The notes: generated by a model not told the origin, from the letters alone. Shown: positions 22,045 to 34,289, numbered from the whole stretch's first letter. The stretch is 63,032 nt of DNA, filler included, from Lenisia limosa (GCA_001655205.1; 17 parts of 17 records of this genome joined end to end with filler, not necessarily neighbours in it), one strand, 5' to 3'. Numbers and translations: made by a program.

Positions 22045-23708
22045 CACCTGGTCTTCCGACTCCAGTCGTCGTGGTGGGTGGAGTAGAATTTCACCCCGCT
22101 TTGCCTTAGGGAGTGCGGGGACAAGGGCTTTGGGCGTGGAAAAGAACTCAAAAGAGGTGAAGGGCGGGTGTAGAATGATTGTCTAGAAAGTGAGTGGAGT
22201 ACTATGAATTTGCGGTATTATTATAATACTTCACATGGACCTTTACACCNNNNNNNNNNNNNNNNNNNNNNNNNNNNNNNNNNNNNNNNNNNNNNNNNNN
22301 NNNNNNNNNNNNNNNNNNNNNNNNNCACGTTGAATGCGCTGTCGTCGCCGGAGCTTCATGACAATGATAAAGGCGTACATCACAAAGATGGGGGCAAAGA
22401 AGAAGGCCAGAAACAAGAGAAGGCCGCTGAAGACGCTGAATTGCGGCGCATCATCTAGAAATTAGAACGGAAAGAGATATAACTTCAGTTGCCACGGCCG
22501 TCCGAAGCATCCTCTTCTCACCATCTTTGGCAATGTAGGCTAGAATCTTGAATGTTGTTGGAGCGTAGCCGTAAATGCCGATATGATACGAACCCTAAGG
22601 TGTTAGAACTGGCAGTGAAAGCGGAAATTTTCGAATGGACTGAACCGCGAATTAATATACCCCCCCACTTCAGCGAAATCATCATTGTAGAAAATCACTT
22701 CAATAACCTACAGTTATTAGACCTGAAAAGAGAAAGAAGCAAGTGGGAAAGCGCAGGTGTTTTGATAGAAGTGTACAAATAACACTCTTTGTCTACAGGG
22801 ACTATCTGATCAGCATGAAGGTGCACTGTTTTATTGATGGTGGTTTCAACTATAACATAGGCAAAAAAAAAAAAGAAGAGTAAACATACTATGACAAATG
22901 CAGCACTGACCTTATCTCCAGGAGAAGTTGCTTGCCAAGTGGACATACCAAGGTTGGGGCTAGGGTGGGCGACGGTTTGGCTGATAAACATTCCGACATC
23001 CTAAATAATCATAACACGTGGCCATTTGTTTTAAAAGAACCATTACAGGGTAAAATTCATTTTTCTCTCAATATATTTCTTTTGTTTAAGGGTATCATTA
23101 CATGGTAAGTATGGGTAGATATCCTTATCGTGAAGCAAACCTGGATATCCTTCAACCCTTTTCCTTCCTCTGCCTTCAACGAAGGCCCATTGGAGTAAAC
23201 AGATGGAGACATTGTTGCGTTATTGAAGGTGCTGGTCCAAGTATCTCCTGAAATATGAGCTGAAAGTAGAATCATCAAACATTTTTTATGATTCAAAAAC
23301 CAATATGAAGCAAGAAAGCAATCCGCTTCATTAAAACATCTGCTCGTCTTATTTGGGAAGGGAGTATATATACTACAAAACAACGATACAATAAGCTGTC
23401 CCACTCGAAGTTTGCATTTCTTTGATTGTGATACTGACACTAAAAGCGGAAGTTGAGTACACCGCAAAGTAGAGCCATTGGTCTTTTTGGATGAACGTTG
23501 TCGTACCCGTGATAGGCAAAGGCTAATGGATAAGGCCCAAAAAATGACAACCAAATGTGACTTTATTGTGAAATAAGTACCATCTTAGCCTTGTGACAAT
23601 AGCATTCCTTCCACCCACAACAACGTCATTGATGTAGCAAGAAGACGCCTCCCATTGTCGACAGGTCACTTCTGAAGGTCCTGCCAGGCCACCCCCAAAA
23701 CATCCCGA
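22045..23708 (-). CDS. Probable single-pass membrane protein with beta-rich extracellular region (partial)
   Basis: Exon 22326-22455 encodes FSVFSGLLLFLAFFFAPIFVMYAFIIVMKLRRRQR (a transmembrane helix plus basic stop-transfer). Upstream exons read QWLYFAVYSTSAFSVSITI and HISGDTWTSTFNNATMSP. Confidence 0.55.
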
Positions 23709-23977
23709 NNNNNNNNNNNNNNNNNNNNNNNNNNNNNNNNNNNNNNNNNNNNTTAATTAATTAANNNNNNNNNNNNNNNNNNNNNNNNNNNNNNNNNNNN
23801 NNNNNNNNCTAATCCCCCCCCATCATACGTTCTCAGAATTATCTTATCCACATATCCCATCAAGTTCCTGTCACGCTTCTCATCTAACACCCTCCAGCAT
23901 GTGGTATCACAGAGAAGGAAGTTAGAAGATTTTTCAAAAAGGTTCAATTCTTTATTTGATTTTTTTGGGGGGGGGGG

Positions 23978-24346
23978 AAGTGTGGTATGTAATTAAAATG
24001 AGCCGTCGGGATAATTTCGCAGGGTAGTTTTTCGTATAAAACAGCCCTGACATGGAAATTCTAAAAATGGGTGAAAATTGCCTGGAATGTGCCTAACAGA
24101 CGCTATATGAGGCGAATACTCCAATATATCGATGATGAGTAGGTGTTGGTTTTGCGTAGTCACTTATATTATTCAAATTCCTCAAATATCTTGTTTAAAC
24201 CCCAAAAAGGTGGGGGGGGGGGAAGCGAAGCCCAAAAACATCTAAAATTGAAACAAATTTTTACGTTGTTCTAGACGCTATTTCATACAAAAAAAATTAC
24301 CCTGCGGAATTATCCCGAAGGGTCTTTTTAATTACTTACCACACTT
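23978..24346. mobile_element. About 370-bp MITE-like element with about 65-bp imperfect TIRs (family E)
   Basis: Left AAGTGTGGTATGTAATTAAAATGAGCCGTCGGGATAATTTCGCAGGGTAG versus right TTACCCTGCGGAATTATCCCGAAGGGTCTTTTTAATTACTTACCACACTT. Confidence 0.7.
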
Positions 24347-24585
24347 TTATTACTCTTTCCAAAATCAAAAAAAGGACAAGTGATATTATCATATGACCGG
24401 CTTTCAAGTCGAAATGATGAACGAAGATAACCCCAGGGTTCATCCGGAGTGTATCAGAGTATCATATACCCTCGGGGAAATGAGAAAGTCATATTTTTCG
24501 TTTTGGGGTGATTTTTTCCGTGAAAAATCATATTTTTCGCTCTGATCGAATTATTAGAAGCATAAAACATCATTTACGGGACAAT

Positions 24586-25424
24586 AGGGATAAAAGGGTG
24601 GGACACGTCATCGGAATGTCATATAGTCATATGATATGAATATGATGAAAAAATGTGACCTTTACTCTTCTCTTCTTTATTGTTCAATTGCTCTCAACTT
24701 CCTCCTCAACTGATAGATCACGCTGAAGATGTACTTTGGGGAGCATCATGAATGGGGTTTTAGAATGAATTGAAGTCGATTTTGTATGAGAAATTGGGGT
24801 TTATGAACAATTCTGTCTGCCGGAACAAAGAAGATATGACTTCTGTCAGAAGTTTCCCTGAGATCTTAGCACTGTCCCGGTTGAAGTGTTACTTGAAGAT
24901 TGGGGTGAAATTTGACCATCATTGGTCATTTAATGTGCTGAGAAAACATGGCTTTGTTGAGTCTGCGGTGACTCATGATCATAACTATTCCAGAAAGAAG
25001 AATTGTATGTAAACACCAATGCTAAGGGGTGAATCTCCTCGTCCCTCTGCATCGCTGATGTTTTAAAGTCCAGAAGACAGCCAAGTTGCTTTTGCGCTCT
25101 TTGCTGGTGGAAATAATTGTTGGTTTCTTTTTACCCATTTTGTGTATATTTTCCATTTTATAACGTATTTTTTTTAAAAAAAATTCTTCACTGACTTTTT
25201 GTTACTGGAATTGTTATGATTTTGGGCTGTATTTTACACTGAACAACGCAAAATATGACTTCTCAAAACAAGTGGGGAACAATGAGTCAGTCAGTATATA
25301 TCATATATCCTATTTCTGCGTGTAAAAAATATGATATTAATGTCATATTTTTTAAAATCATATTCATCATATTATATATCATATATGACATTCCAATGAC
25401 GTGTCCCACTCTTCTTACCCTTAG
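24586..25424. repeat. Inverted repeat pair about 75 bp long, about 700 bp apart (possible non-autonomous TIR element)
   Basis: GGGTGGGACACGTCATCGGAATGTCATAT (24597) versus ATATGACATTCCAATGACGTGTCCCACTC (25383). Confidence 0.6.
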
Positions 25425-26526
25425 TTTTTTCTCATTCTCACTGGGCTTTGATTGTTTTGTCATCAACCCTCATGTGTTAACAACCAACATGGTTGATTTT
25501 GTTTCATAAATTTTCCAATTTTTCTCACTCTTCCCCCGCCCCCTTCAGAATACACACTCACTCACACACAANNNNNNNNNNNNNNNNNNNNNNNNNNNNN
25601 NNNNNNNNNNNNNNNTTAATTAATTAANNNNNNNNNNNNNNNNNNNNNNNNNNNNNNNNNNNNNNNNNNNNTTTTTGGGTGGTCACCTATATACATATTG
25701 ATATATGTATCTGACAATAAATTTTTTTGTTGTATCATACTTATTTTGACAATATCAAGTAATATTGAAAAAATTAGAAAAAAAAAGGGCCGATGTTCAC
25801 GGCCAGGTTATGTTCAAGGTCAGGTTAGTGTTCACGGTCAGGTGACGTACCTTATATATTTGACGGCCACCCTTACCTCTCTGGAAAATTAGCACAACCC
25901 TGTTCCTAGCTTAACGTGAATAGGTGCTACAGTTCTTCAAAACGTCCAAGAAGTTGACCACTATTCCCAAGATTAACACCGTGGACGTCATCACAGATTT
26001 CGCACGGTTTTTCTTCAGAAATCATCATATGATTGAGACTGTATGGGGGGGGAGATCTGTGTATTGTTTGAAAGCGGGTATGTATGTACATAGTATAGAT
26101 ATGAAAGATGATTATGTAGTTATCAATATTTACGATAATATTTTTCAATACAGCCTTTGATGTCTGTCTGCTCTTCTAACTCACTGGCTCCTTAATCTGT
26201 GGCATAAGACGGATTAGGAGGGCCTACCTGGNNNNNNNNNNNNNNNNNNNNNNNNNNNNNNNNNNNNNNNNNNNNNNNNNNNNNNNNNNNNNNNNNNNNN
26301 NNNNNNNNNNNNNNNNNNNNNNNNNNNNNNNNNNNAATATATGATAGTATAGTATATTTCATATAAATTCATATGTAGTATTAAATGATATGATATAATC
26401 TTGGGGAACCAATAAACACAGGCTCCGCTTGGCTAAACCGGTAAAATAACGAGGATTATTCGACATTTAGTCTTTTTGTTTCACAGTAGACATTCTCGAG
26501 TTTATTCAATATTATAATAGCTCATT

Positions 26527-26610
26527 ATTTTGCCTCTCTTATTTTGCCTATTATTGTGCCTATTATTTTGCCTCTCTTATTTTGCCTATCCTTTTGCCTA
26601 TTCTTTTGCC
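26527..26610. repeat. About 12-bp tandem repeat
   Basis: (TTATTTTGCCTA/CTC)n. Confidence 0.8.
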
Positions 26611-27854
26611 TACTCTATTAAACTATCTAACCGCAACCAGTCCACCAGCGTTTTCGATTTACTAGAGAACTACCCTTTGTCGAATGCTCAGTCGCGCGTT
26701 GACCAGAGTGATTTCTGGAACNNNNNNNNNNNNNNNNNNNNNNNNNNNNNNNNNNNNNNNNNNNNNNNNNNNNNNNNNNNNNNNNNNNNNNNNNNNNNNN
26801 NNNNNNNNNNNNNNNNNNNNNNNNNNNNNNNNNNNNNNNNNNNNNNNNNNNNNNNNNNNNNNNNNNNNNNNNNNNNNNNNNNNNNNNNNNNNNNNNNNNN
26901 NNNNNNNNNNNNNNNNNNNNNNNNNNNNNNNNNNNNNNNNNNNNNNNNNNNNNNNNNNNNNNNNNNAACTATCATTTTCCACACAGGAATTTGATACCGC
27001 ATGATAATTGACTGACAAGTCTCAATGATACTCCGACACACTCGGGATGAACCCTCGTGTTATCTTCGGTCATATGATCAAATCACTAGTGGATATGGGT
27101 TAAAATATACAGTCAAATGATGATATTTCTTTCTGTCTCTGAAGCTGTTTAAACCATTTTAAATTTCAAAAAGGGATTTTGAAGCTGATTTACCTTGTTT
27201 TCTGATTTTGCTAAATAATGGGTAGAAAAAGTTCAGTTCAATATAACCAAACACCAGGGGTGTACAACTCCCGTCCTTCCCGCTATTCTGTGGGATGGTC
27301 AGTTCGGCTCTGCGGCGCCAGAAGAACGCGCACGTTTTTTCACAGGTGAGAGAGGGGAGTCTAAGGGGGTTCATGTTGTGTATTGATTTTGGGCTGGTGT
27401 GAGGGTAGAAAATGTAAGGTCAATTTTAGTAACTACAGACGTTTTTTAAATATTTCATCCCATTATTGTGAGAAACTTTTGCTTTTACCCCCTCGTGACT
27501 GTTTTAGCTGAAACAGGTGATTTCAGATCAGCAGAAGGATCTCTGTGAGAATGAACACACTCAATTCTGTCTGTCTCTTCTGAAGGATTCGGGTGGGTTA
27601 CGAAACCATATTATATCACGTTATATATACATGTATAATAAATAAATATACTATAATGAATATTCGATATTCAAAGCACATTGAATGAATATGATTTTAT
27701 ATTATAATTGGTATATTACATACTAGTTTATTATCATTGTATATATGATATTTTTACACAGTATACTTCATGTCATAGAGATAATACACATGTAGTGCAT
27801 CTATTAACGATAATACATATAGTATGATAATCTACTCTATAATTAAAATATTTT

Positions 27855-28470
27855 TATTTCTCAGGCGAGATGCACAGTTTCAATGAGATCAGTTTCCGCT
27901 CCTTTGCAAAGTTCTTTGCACCGCCCGTCACAAAGTCGCGGAAAAGAAGGCAAAAATCGAAGTGTGTCGTTGAAGCTATTGACGCACTCAAAATGGTGGC
28001 ACATTGGACGGTTGGAGGAGGGTGAAGGAAGTAAAAGGAAATTTCGATGAAGAACATAAGCGGAGAGGTATCAATTACTACCCGAGGAGAGGGGAGTGGA
28101 AGTTAAGTGGTTTGGTCAACTTTTGCTTGTTTTTGACGTGAGGTGGTCATAATTGGGGCTTCTCTTCTCGAGATTTCTCGAACGTCTATGTTATTGCCCT
28201 CATTGTTGACGCTCAAAAAAGGGGGTGGTTGATTCGCTACTTTTCCGTGTGCAATTGAAGTACTGTATATTTATCACATCTCCTAACGGCGAGCTCGTCT
28301 ACTCGTGAGCGGACTTGATTGTTAAAATTCGTGCGATCCCAGCGTGCTTTCGCTGAAACAAAAACAAAATTGTAATTGATTTTTTCAGCCTGAGGTTAGG
28401 TCCCATGCCATTATCGCAATGAAGCGTCACGCTCTTTTCGTGCAACAATACAAGGCTTCTGATAACCATG
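27855..28470 (-). CDS. Small multi-exon gene, unknown
   Basis: Open segments MVIRSLVLLHEKSVTLHCDNG, KARWDRTNFNNQVRSRVDEL and CHHFECVNSFNDTLRFLPSFPRLCDGRCKELC. Confidence 0.33.
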
Positions 28471-28689
28471 GTGGGTGTGGGTGTTGTTTTGTTTCACCAA
28501 TGCCTATTACGGGTGGGTTTCTTCCCAACAACTTTTCTTAGTCATGGTTTCGCTTCGGTTCAACAAGAAAAACATTAAGATGAATGAAGAAACTCAATCT
28601 GGCCTCTTAGGCTGTTATCTGTAAAATAGGGCAAATAAAACTGGTTTTCAATTTATGATAAGATATGTTTTGTATCTTCTGATTTCTCA

Positions 28690-30810
28690 CCCTTCAGCCA
28701 ACCCAGGCCTTTTAGAGAGTCTCATTATGAGTTCGGTAACTAATGCTGGTGGGCTGAGTGAGGATACAGTGAGTGCAATATGTCCTGATACGGATATTGA
28801 GTATCTCATAATCATTATCTTTTCATCATCATCATTATCATCATCATTATTACCATCATCATCATCATCATCACCATTACCATCAACAACAACAACAACA
28901 ACATCATCATCATCATCATTACCATTATCATCATTACCATCATCATCGCTAATCTAACTCGCCAGAGGATATGGTCTTTGAGATTCATGATTTGAGTCCG
29001 TACACCGAGGAGAGTATCAAGGAATTGTGGGTTTTGGAATATATATCACACCGTTCAATCTGTGAATTTTCTCTATCTATGAAAACAAGCCAGATGAACA
29101 TTTTCCTTGATAAAAAAAGTTGAGTATCACAGTAGATTTGCTATGTGATATCTGTCAAGACTTATCCTGGTCACTGTATATTTAGGAGAATGGTGAAGAT
29201 TTGTAGTTTTTCGGGAGGTTTTTAGAATGTGTGGGGGTGACGATAGTCTCAAGGAGTTATGAAAATGGGGAGGCGGGGTGGTAGAATAGGGGGTTTATTT
29301 CAGTGTGTCAAGGAATAACTTTTGTTCGAAAAAAGACTGAATGTCTCGATAAATCCTTGAAAAACTATCGATATTTTCCCGAATTTTTTCGAACCGAAGT
29401 AAAGCCCTTGTTGAGGAATATGCAACATCTTATAGTATTTATTATAAGGCCACTAAAGGGTAGATTTTATTATCTTTTTAGCATTTTGGCGATCCTTGGT
29501 ACCCTATCAACTATTGAGTGCAAAATGCTAGAGGCTGCGGGGGCCTTGAGTTGTCATGCTTTGGGTGAGAGTGGAGTAAAACGAGGGAAATTCGATGAAT
29601 ATTGACCTAACCCTCCCCNNNNNNNNNNNNNNNNNNNNNNNNNNNNNNNNNNNNNNNNNNNNNNNNNNNNNNNNNNNNNNNNNNNNNNNCCTCTCACTGG
29701 TTTATATCTGCTTAGTACTTTGTGTTATCTCAGAGCTTTGTTGATTCAGAAACAGTTTTTTACTGGTTATTGTGCCCAGATAGATTTTATCTAACCTCTG
29801 CAGGTACGCTGGAGTAATGGGATGCGGTGCTGCAGAAGCGGCTGGCCTGGGCTTTGTTTGTTTTTTAACCATCGTGTGTTGTCAGCCAACAGAGTTGATT
29901 CTGGGCTTTTTTTTTTGTTTCATAAATTTTCCAATTTTACCCCCCCCCCNNNNNNNNNNNNNNNNNNNNNNNNNNNNNNNNNNNNNNNNNNNNNNNNNNN
30001 NNNNNNNNNNNNNNNNNNNNNNNNNNNNNNNNNNNNNNNNNNNNNNNNNNNNNNNNNNNNNNNNNNNNNNNNNNNNNNNNACAAATTCCCTGCTCTTTTA
30101 GACGCGCATTTGACTGAAGACGTGATTGCCCATGTTATTGAACATGATATTAGCAAATGTGAGGAGGGGGATTTCTTGTTCAATCTTTGTTTTTTTGGCT
30201 TTATACCACCGTTTTTCTTTGATCCACCCCCCTTTTTTTTTTCTCTCTTTCTTTGCCTCTCTCTCTTTTCTGTTTTTATCTTTATTGAGCGTGATTCTGT
30301 CTAATTGAGTATTCATTTACAGAAACAAGTAGTAGAAGAAGACCAAGCAGTATCTTACGATAAAGCGATAAAGCGAAAAAGTTAGTTGACATTTTCTAAA
30401 TCATTCTGAATCTGAGTGTCCTAATAACAGCCGAATTAGGCATGAATAGGAACATGGGCTAAAAACAACAACAACATCATTAACAACATGTCCCTTCCTT
30501 CGACCATTTTTTTAAAAAAACCTCTACTCAAATTTTGAATTGTGTTCAAGCCGAGAAGGGGGGGGGGGATCTCCAAAACTCGCTTCTTACTCTCTCTCCA
30601 TCAACAGCACGAATTGGGGTGACAAACTCTACGAGTAGTTCAAAGAGCTCGGCTGATTGGCAGAGGAACAGGTACCATGGCTTGCAGAACTTCTATGTTG
30701 TCAAAATAATAATTCTTGTGCTGAAGACGAAGCGGGTTACAAATCATCAGTCGTGGGTACTTTCCCGCAGTGAGGGTGAGGCCACGACAGCACCTCTGAG
30801 CTGTAGTTAA
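28690..30810 (+). CDS. Multi-exon gene of unknown function
   Basis: Exons such as EDMVFEIHDLSPYTEESIKEL, KFPALLDAHLTEDVIAHVIEHDISKCEE and KQVVEEDQAVSYDKAIKRK, with GT/AG borders. Confidence 0.4.
28820..28948. repeat. (CAT)n/(CAA)n microsatellite
   Basis: Direct reading; it produces a spurious poly-Ser/Thr ORF. Confidence 0.85.
29320..29408. mobile_element. Family A1 MITE
   Basis: GTTCGAAAAAAGACTGAATGTCTCGATAAATCC...TATCGATATT...TTCGAACCGAAGTAAAGCCC. Confidence 0.75.
29804..29949 (+). mobile_element. Family B candidate introner, most complete copy (starts at GT donor, ends in poly-C before an N run)
   Basis: cag|GTACGCTGGAGTAATGGGATGCGGTGCTGCAGAAGCGGCTGGCCTGGGCTTTG...GTGTTGTCAGCCAACAGAGTTGATTCTGGGCTTTTT..GTTTCATAAATTTTCCAATTTTACCCCCCCCC. 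Confidence 0.85.
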
Positions 30811-31296
30811 ACGACGACGAGTTCTAGTTCATTGCACATTCAAAATCGAATAGTAACAAACTAGACTACATGCTGCTTCTTGAGCATGAAGTAGAAAGTG
30901 TTGTATTCGGTGAACGCACCGAAGTCAATCCACTAACATTTTTAATTTATCCTCTTTGTAGTTTAATGACCTTCCAATTAAGTCGGCTGAGGGCACCAAC
31001 TGGATCTTTCATCCTAAATGTGACCCCCGAATCCTTTGGCCATGAATTACTATAACTACTTGATAAATAATTTTGTTACTTCATATTGTAGAATCAAAAG
31101 TCAGCTTTACGATAATTCCTGCAATGCTGCAACCACATTGGCAATACATGACCCTAGGCTTGCTGGAGAGCTTTTGCTCAACACTGAAGAAGTAATAACA
31201 ATTTTACTATTTTAACATGAGCATATCCACGCTCTGGATTTTTGTTAGGAAGAGATGATAAACTGAAGTAACTATGCAAGGAATTGATTCAAAAGT

Positions 31297-31530
31297 CTAA
31301 ATTTTAAAGTTGACCGAGATTGGCTTATTAGTGTCGCCAGGATCGAAATCTTCGTCACCCTCACCCTCGGAGTCAGTTTTGCTCAAATTCGTATCAGAGT
31401 TGCAAAAAGCTTCATCATCAGTCGTGACAGCCTCATCAACAGCTGCTAACAAAACCTTGAGTGAGTGTGAAGATTTTGGTGTGACTGTATGCAAAATGGA
31501 ATTCGCACCGCCGAGTTCCTGATAAATACG
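31297..31530 (-). CDS. Probable terminal exon, acidic tail
   Basis: ORF ...SLKVLLAAVDEAVTTDDEAFCNSDTNLSKTDSEGEGDEDFDPGD...*. Confidence 0.35.
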   Translation of the reverse strand, partial: RIYQELGGANSILHTVTPKSSHSLKVLLAAVDEAVTTDDEAFCNSDTNLSKTDSEGEGDEDFDPGDTNKPISVNFKI

Positions 31531-31720
31531 ATAACAGGAACAGGGGCTGACCTCCCAACAGTGTATCTATCTACGAATCCATCAAGCAGAATGACTTTGT
31601 CTGCCTTTTTCTTCTGCTTATGATAGTGATAAACTTCCCTGACCTAACTTTTCGTTTATGTTTTGAAAAAAAAATATTAAAAATCTGCATGCTGTTTAAA
31701 ATACCGATGTTATATTTCAC

Positions 31721-32125
31721 TATCACACCGTCCATAGATCTGTGAATTTTCCTCTATCTGTGAATTTATTTGAGGTATTCGAAAAAATTTGCTAAAAATA
31801 TGACATTAACAAAGAAAATTGTCGTAACACTCTTGTTGCTAACAAAAATGACAAAAACTTTTATTTGTTGATGACAACATTTTTATTTTGGCGAGATTNN
31901 NNNNNNNNNNNNNNNNNNNNNNNNNNNNNNNNNNNNNNNNNNNNNNNNNNNNNNNNNNNNNNNTCGTACATGTTCTTTGGTTGTTTTTAATTGAAGTAAA
32001 TTCTGAAGATGATCCTCAAAAAATGCAATGAATTAACTTATATATACTGTAATACTCAACCTATTCTATCAAGTAAATGTTCATTTGGCTTGTTTTCACA
32101 GATAGAGGAAAATTCACAGATAGGT
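31721..32125. mobile_element. About 400-bp MITE-like element (family G)
   Basis: ATCTGTGAATTTTCCTCTATCTGTGAA at about 31738 is inverted as TTCACAGATAGAGGAAAATTCACAGAT at about 32095. A further left-arm copy lies at 29043-29104. Confidence 0.65.
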
Positions 32126-32479
32126 GACCACACATAACCGTACCCACTTTCATAAAAAGGTCAATTTTTTAAAGAAAGTCAACAATTTCTGTTATGGAAA
32201 ACCACAATGTTTTCGGATAACAGTTATACGCTTTCATAAAATGCATTAGACATAATTAATTGAGGTAATTTAAGGTATTAGAAGATTATAGACCGTTTGC
32301 CTTGGTTTTTTGCGATGCTTCTCTTAATACAGTCAACAAAACTTAGAAAACACCATACGTTTTATCATTTGATTACGAGCTTCATCTTTTCCAATGCTTT
32401 TTTGCCCTTTTCAATTCTAAACAGTGAAGAATATGTGATGATACCAACTGTCTTGTCGTGCAATTTCATATTTCTTCTT

Positions 32480-32776
32480 TTCCAAGAGGCGTTTTGACCA
32501 GTGGTCTTCTGTATGAGGTACAATTGAGACCCTCTTTCCTTTACCAGGCTCAAAAGCAAGATTGTCATCTTTTCCAATGACTGGATTACCTTGCCAAGGA
32601 AGTTGTTCAGGGTGCTCAGTGTAATGGTCCATTTCAGCTTCAGTCAATTCATCTCGTAAGTCGGCAATTCTGGTCCATGCATATTTGGATTCAAGAGTAG
32701 TAGATGAACAACTCTGAGCAATTTCAATTTCCTGAATAAGTTCGGGAGTGTTCAGCACACAGGAGTAGACGGCCGT
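32480..32776 (-). CDS. Exon of unknown protein
   Basis: Open frame PELIQEIEIAQSC...WTRIADLRDELTEAEMDHYTEHPEQLPWQGNPVIG with normal protein composition. Confidence 0.4.
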
Positions 32777-33045
32777 NNNNNNNNNNNNNNNNNNNNNNNN
32801 NNNNNNNNNNNNNNNNNNNNNNNNNNNNNNNNNNNNNNNNNNNNNNNNNNNNNNNNNNNNNNNNNNNNNNNNNNNNNNNNNNNNNNNNNNNNNNNNNNNN
32901 NNNNNNNNNNNNNNNNNNNNNNNNNNNNNNNNNNNNNNNNNNNNNNNNNNNNNNNNNNNNNNNNNNNNNNNNNNNNNNNNNNNNNNNNNNNNNNNNNNNN
33001 NNNNNNNNNNNNNNNNNNNNNNNNNNNNNNNNNNNNNNNNNNNNN

Positions 33046-33640
33046 TTTTATTAATGATGTTTTCATAGCACCAAAAGTGACAAGGTCCAATGGCTGTGTA
33101 CATTGATATGTGTGCGACGGAAGGAGAAACAGCAGAATTTTATGTTGCTGAATAGTTTCCAGCATAATTGCAGAATATCGAGAAGTATGTCCATTAGTAA
33201 TGAAGAGTGTCCAAACATCTTTGGCCAATCCAAGCCTTTTCCTATCTTCTTCAATTTTTAAGATAAAAGTGCCAATGACATATTCATTCATCGAATCAAC
33301 ATTCTAGATAGTCAATCTATCAAATCACGTAGCAAACCTTCCATCCATTTGGTGCTTTGATCATAATAGCTCCATACTCTTCCAATATTTCATTTTCAAA
33401 TTTAGAGGTCTTTTGCCCACCACATTGAAGATATCTAAATCATCAATGTTTACCCTAATTCTCTTTTATTAGTTCCTCATGTTCTTTTAAAGCTTGGTCA
33501 TGCTCCTTAAGAGCTATCTCAAGTGCAATATCGAAATCTACAAAACTGCTATTTTCAAATCTTTTAATCTCACCTAGGGGATCCTGTGATGTGAGATTGA
33601 TGCCTTCTAATTTGAGTTTAGTTCCTCTATGATTTGAATT
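33046..33640 (-). pseudogene. Degenerate pogo/Tc1-mariner-superfamily (DDE_1) transposase remnant
   Basis: FITNGHTSRY...ILLFLLPSHTYQCTQPLDLVTFGAMKTSL matches the DDE_1 consensus LxxDGHxSH...LxxLPxHTTHxLQPLD..F..LK. Upstream KAPNGW motif is frameshifted, stops are present, and the catalytic D reads N. Confidence 0.78.
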
Positions 33641-33664
33641 TGACAGATCTCATTCTGTTCCTTT

Positions 33665-33865
33665 TTGGATTGATTCTTTTTTCTTCTTTTTTTGGATTCT
33701 TTTTCTCTTTTTTGGATGATTGTTTTTTGGATTCTTTTTCTCTTTTTTGGATGATTGTTTTTTGGATTCTTTTTCTCTATTTTGGATGATTGTTTTTTGG
33801 ATGATTGTTTTTTGGATGATTGTTTTTTGTATGATTGTTTTTTGGATGATGATTGTTTTTTGGAG
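33665..33865. repeat. 15-bp/about 30-bp tandem repeats
   Basis: (TTTTTGGATGATTGT)n and (TTTTTTGGATTCTTTTTTCTC)n. Confidence 0.8.
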
Positions 33866-34289
33866 GGGTGGGAGGGGTGTTTGATTACCTATGGATTGAA
33901 AGCAGCAGGTTCTGCGAACAAAGACCAGATGTGTTGGTTTGTCTATTACATATGTGCGTATGTCTATTTGTGGGTGTGATATGGGTTGGTGAATAATGTG
34001 GTGTATGTGTAGGAGGTGGGGGTAATTGAGCATCTGGTTTGGTTAAACAGCAACTATTTCATTCTCCGTTTTTACTGTTAAGATGAAGCATTCTCTCTCC
34101 TCTCTCATGTGCTCAAAGTTTGTTGAGGGTAAATTATAGTAGAGCCAGATTTCCTTCATTCCACCTTGGGAAGCGGAGGGTGTATTTTGGGTGTATTTTG
34201 TAAAAATTGAGTAAAAAGAGTTGATCTGTCTCATTAAATTTTCCTTTTTACCCTACACACACACCCACATAACTTTCCTTCGTTTTACC

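Noticed and set aside
28655-28957. Ser/Thr-rich ORF
   Set aside because: The tail is a (CAT)n/(CAA)n microsatellite within an intron.
33650-34033. Lys/Ile-rich ORF (QKTII repeats)
   Set aside because: Translation of a 15-bp tandem repeat.
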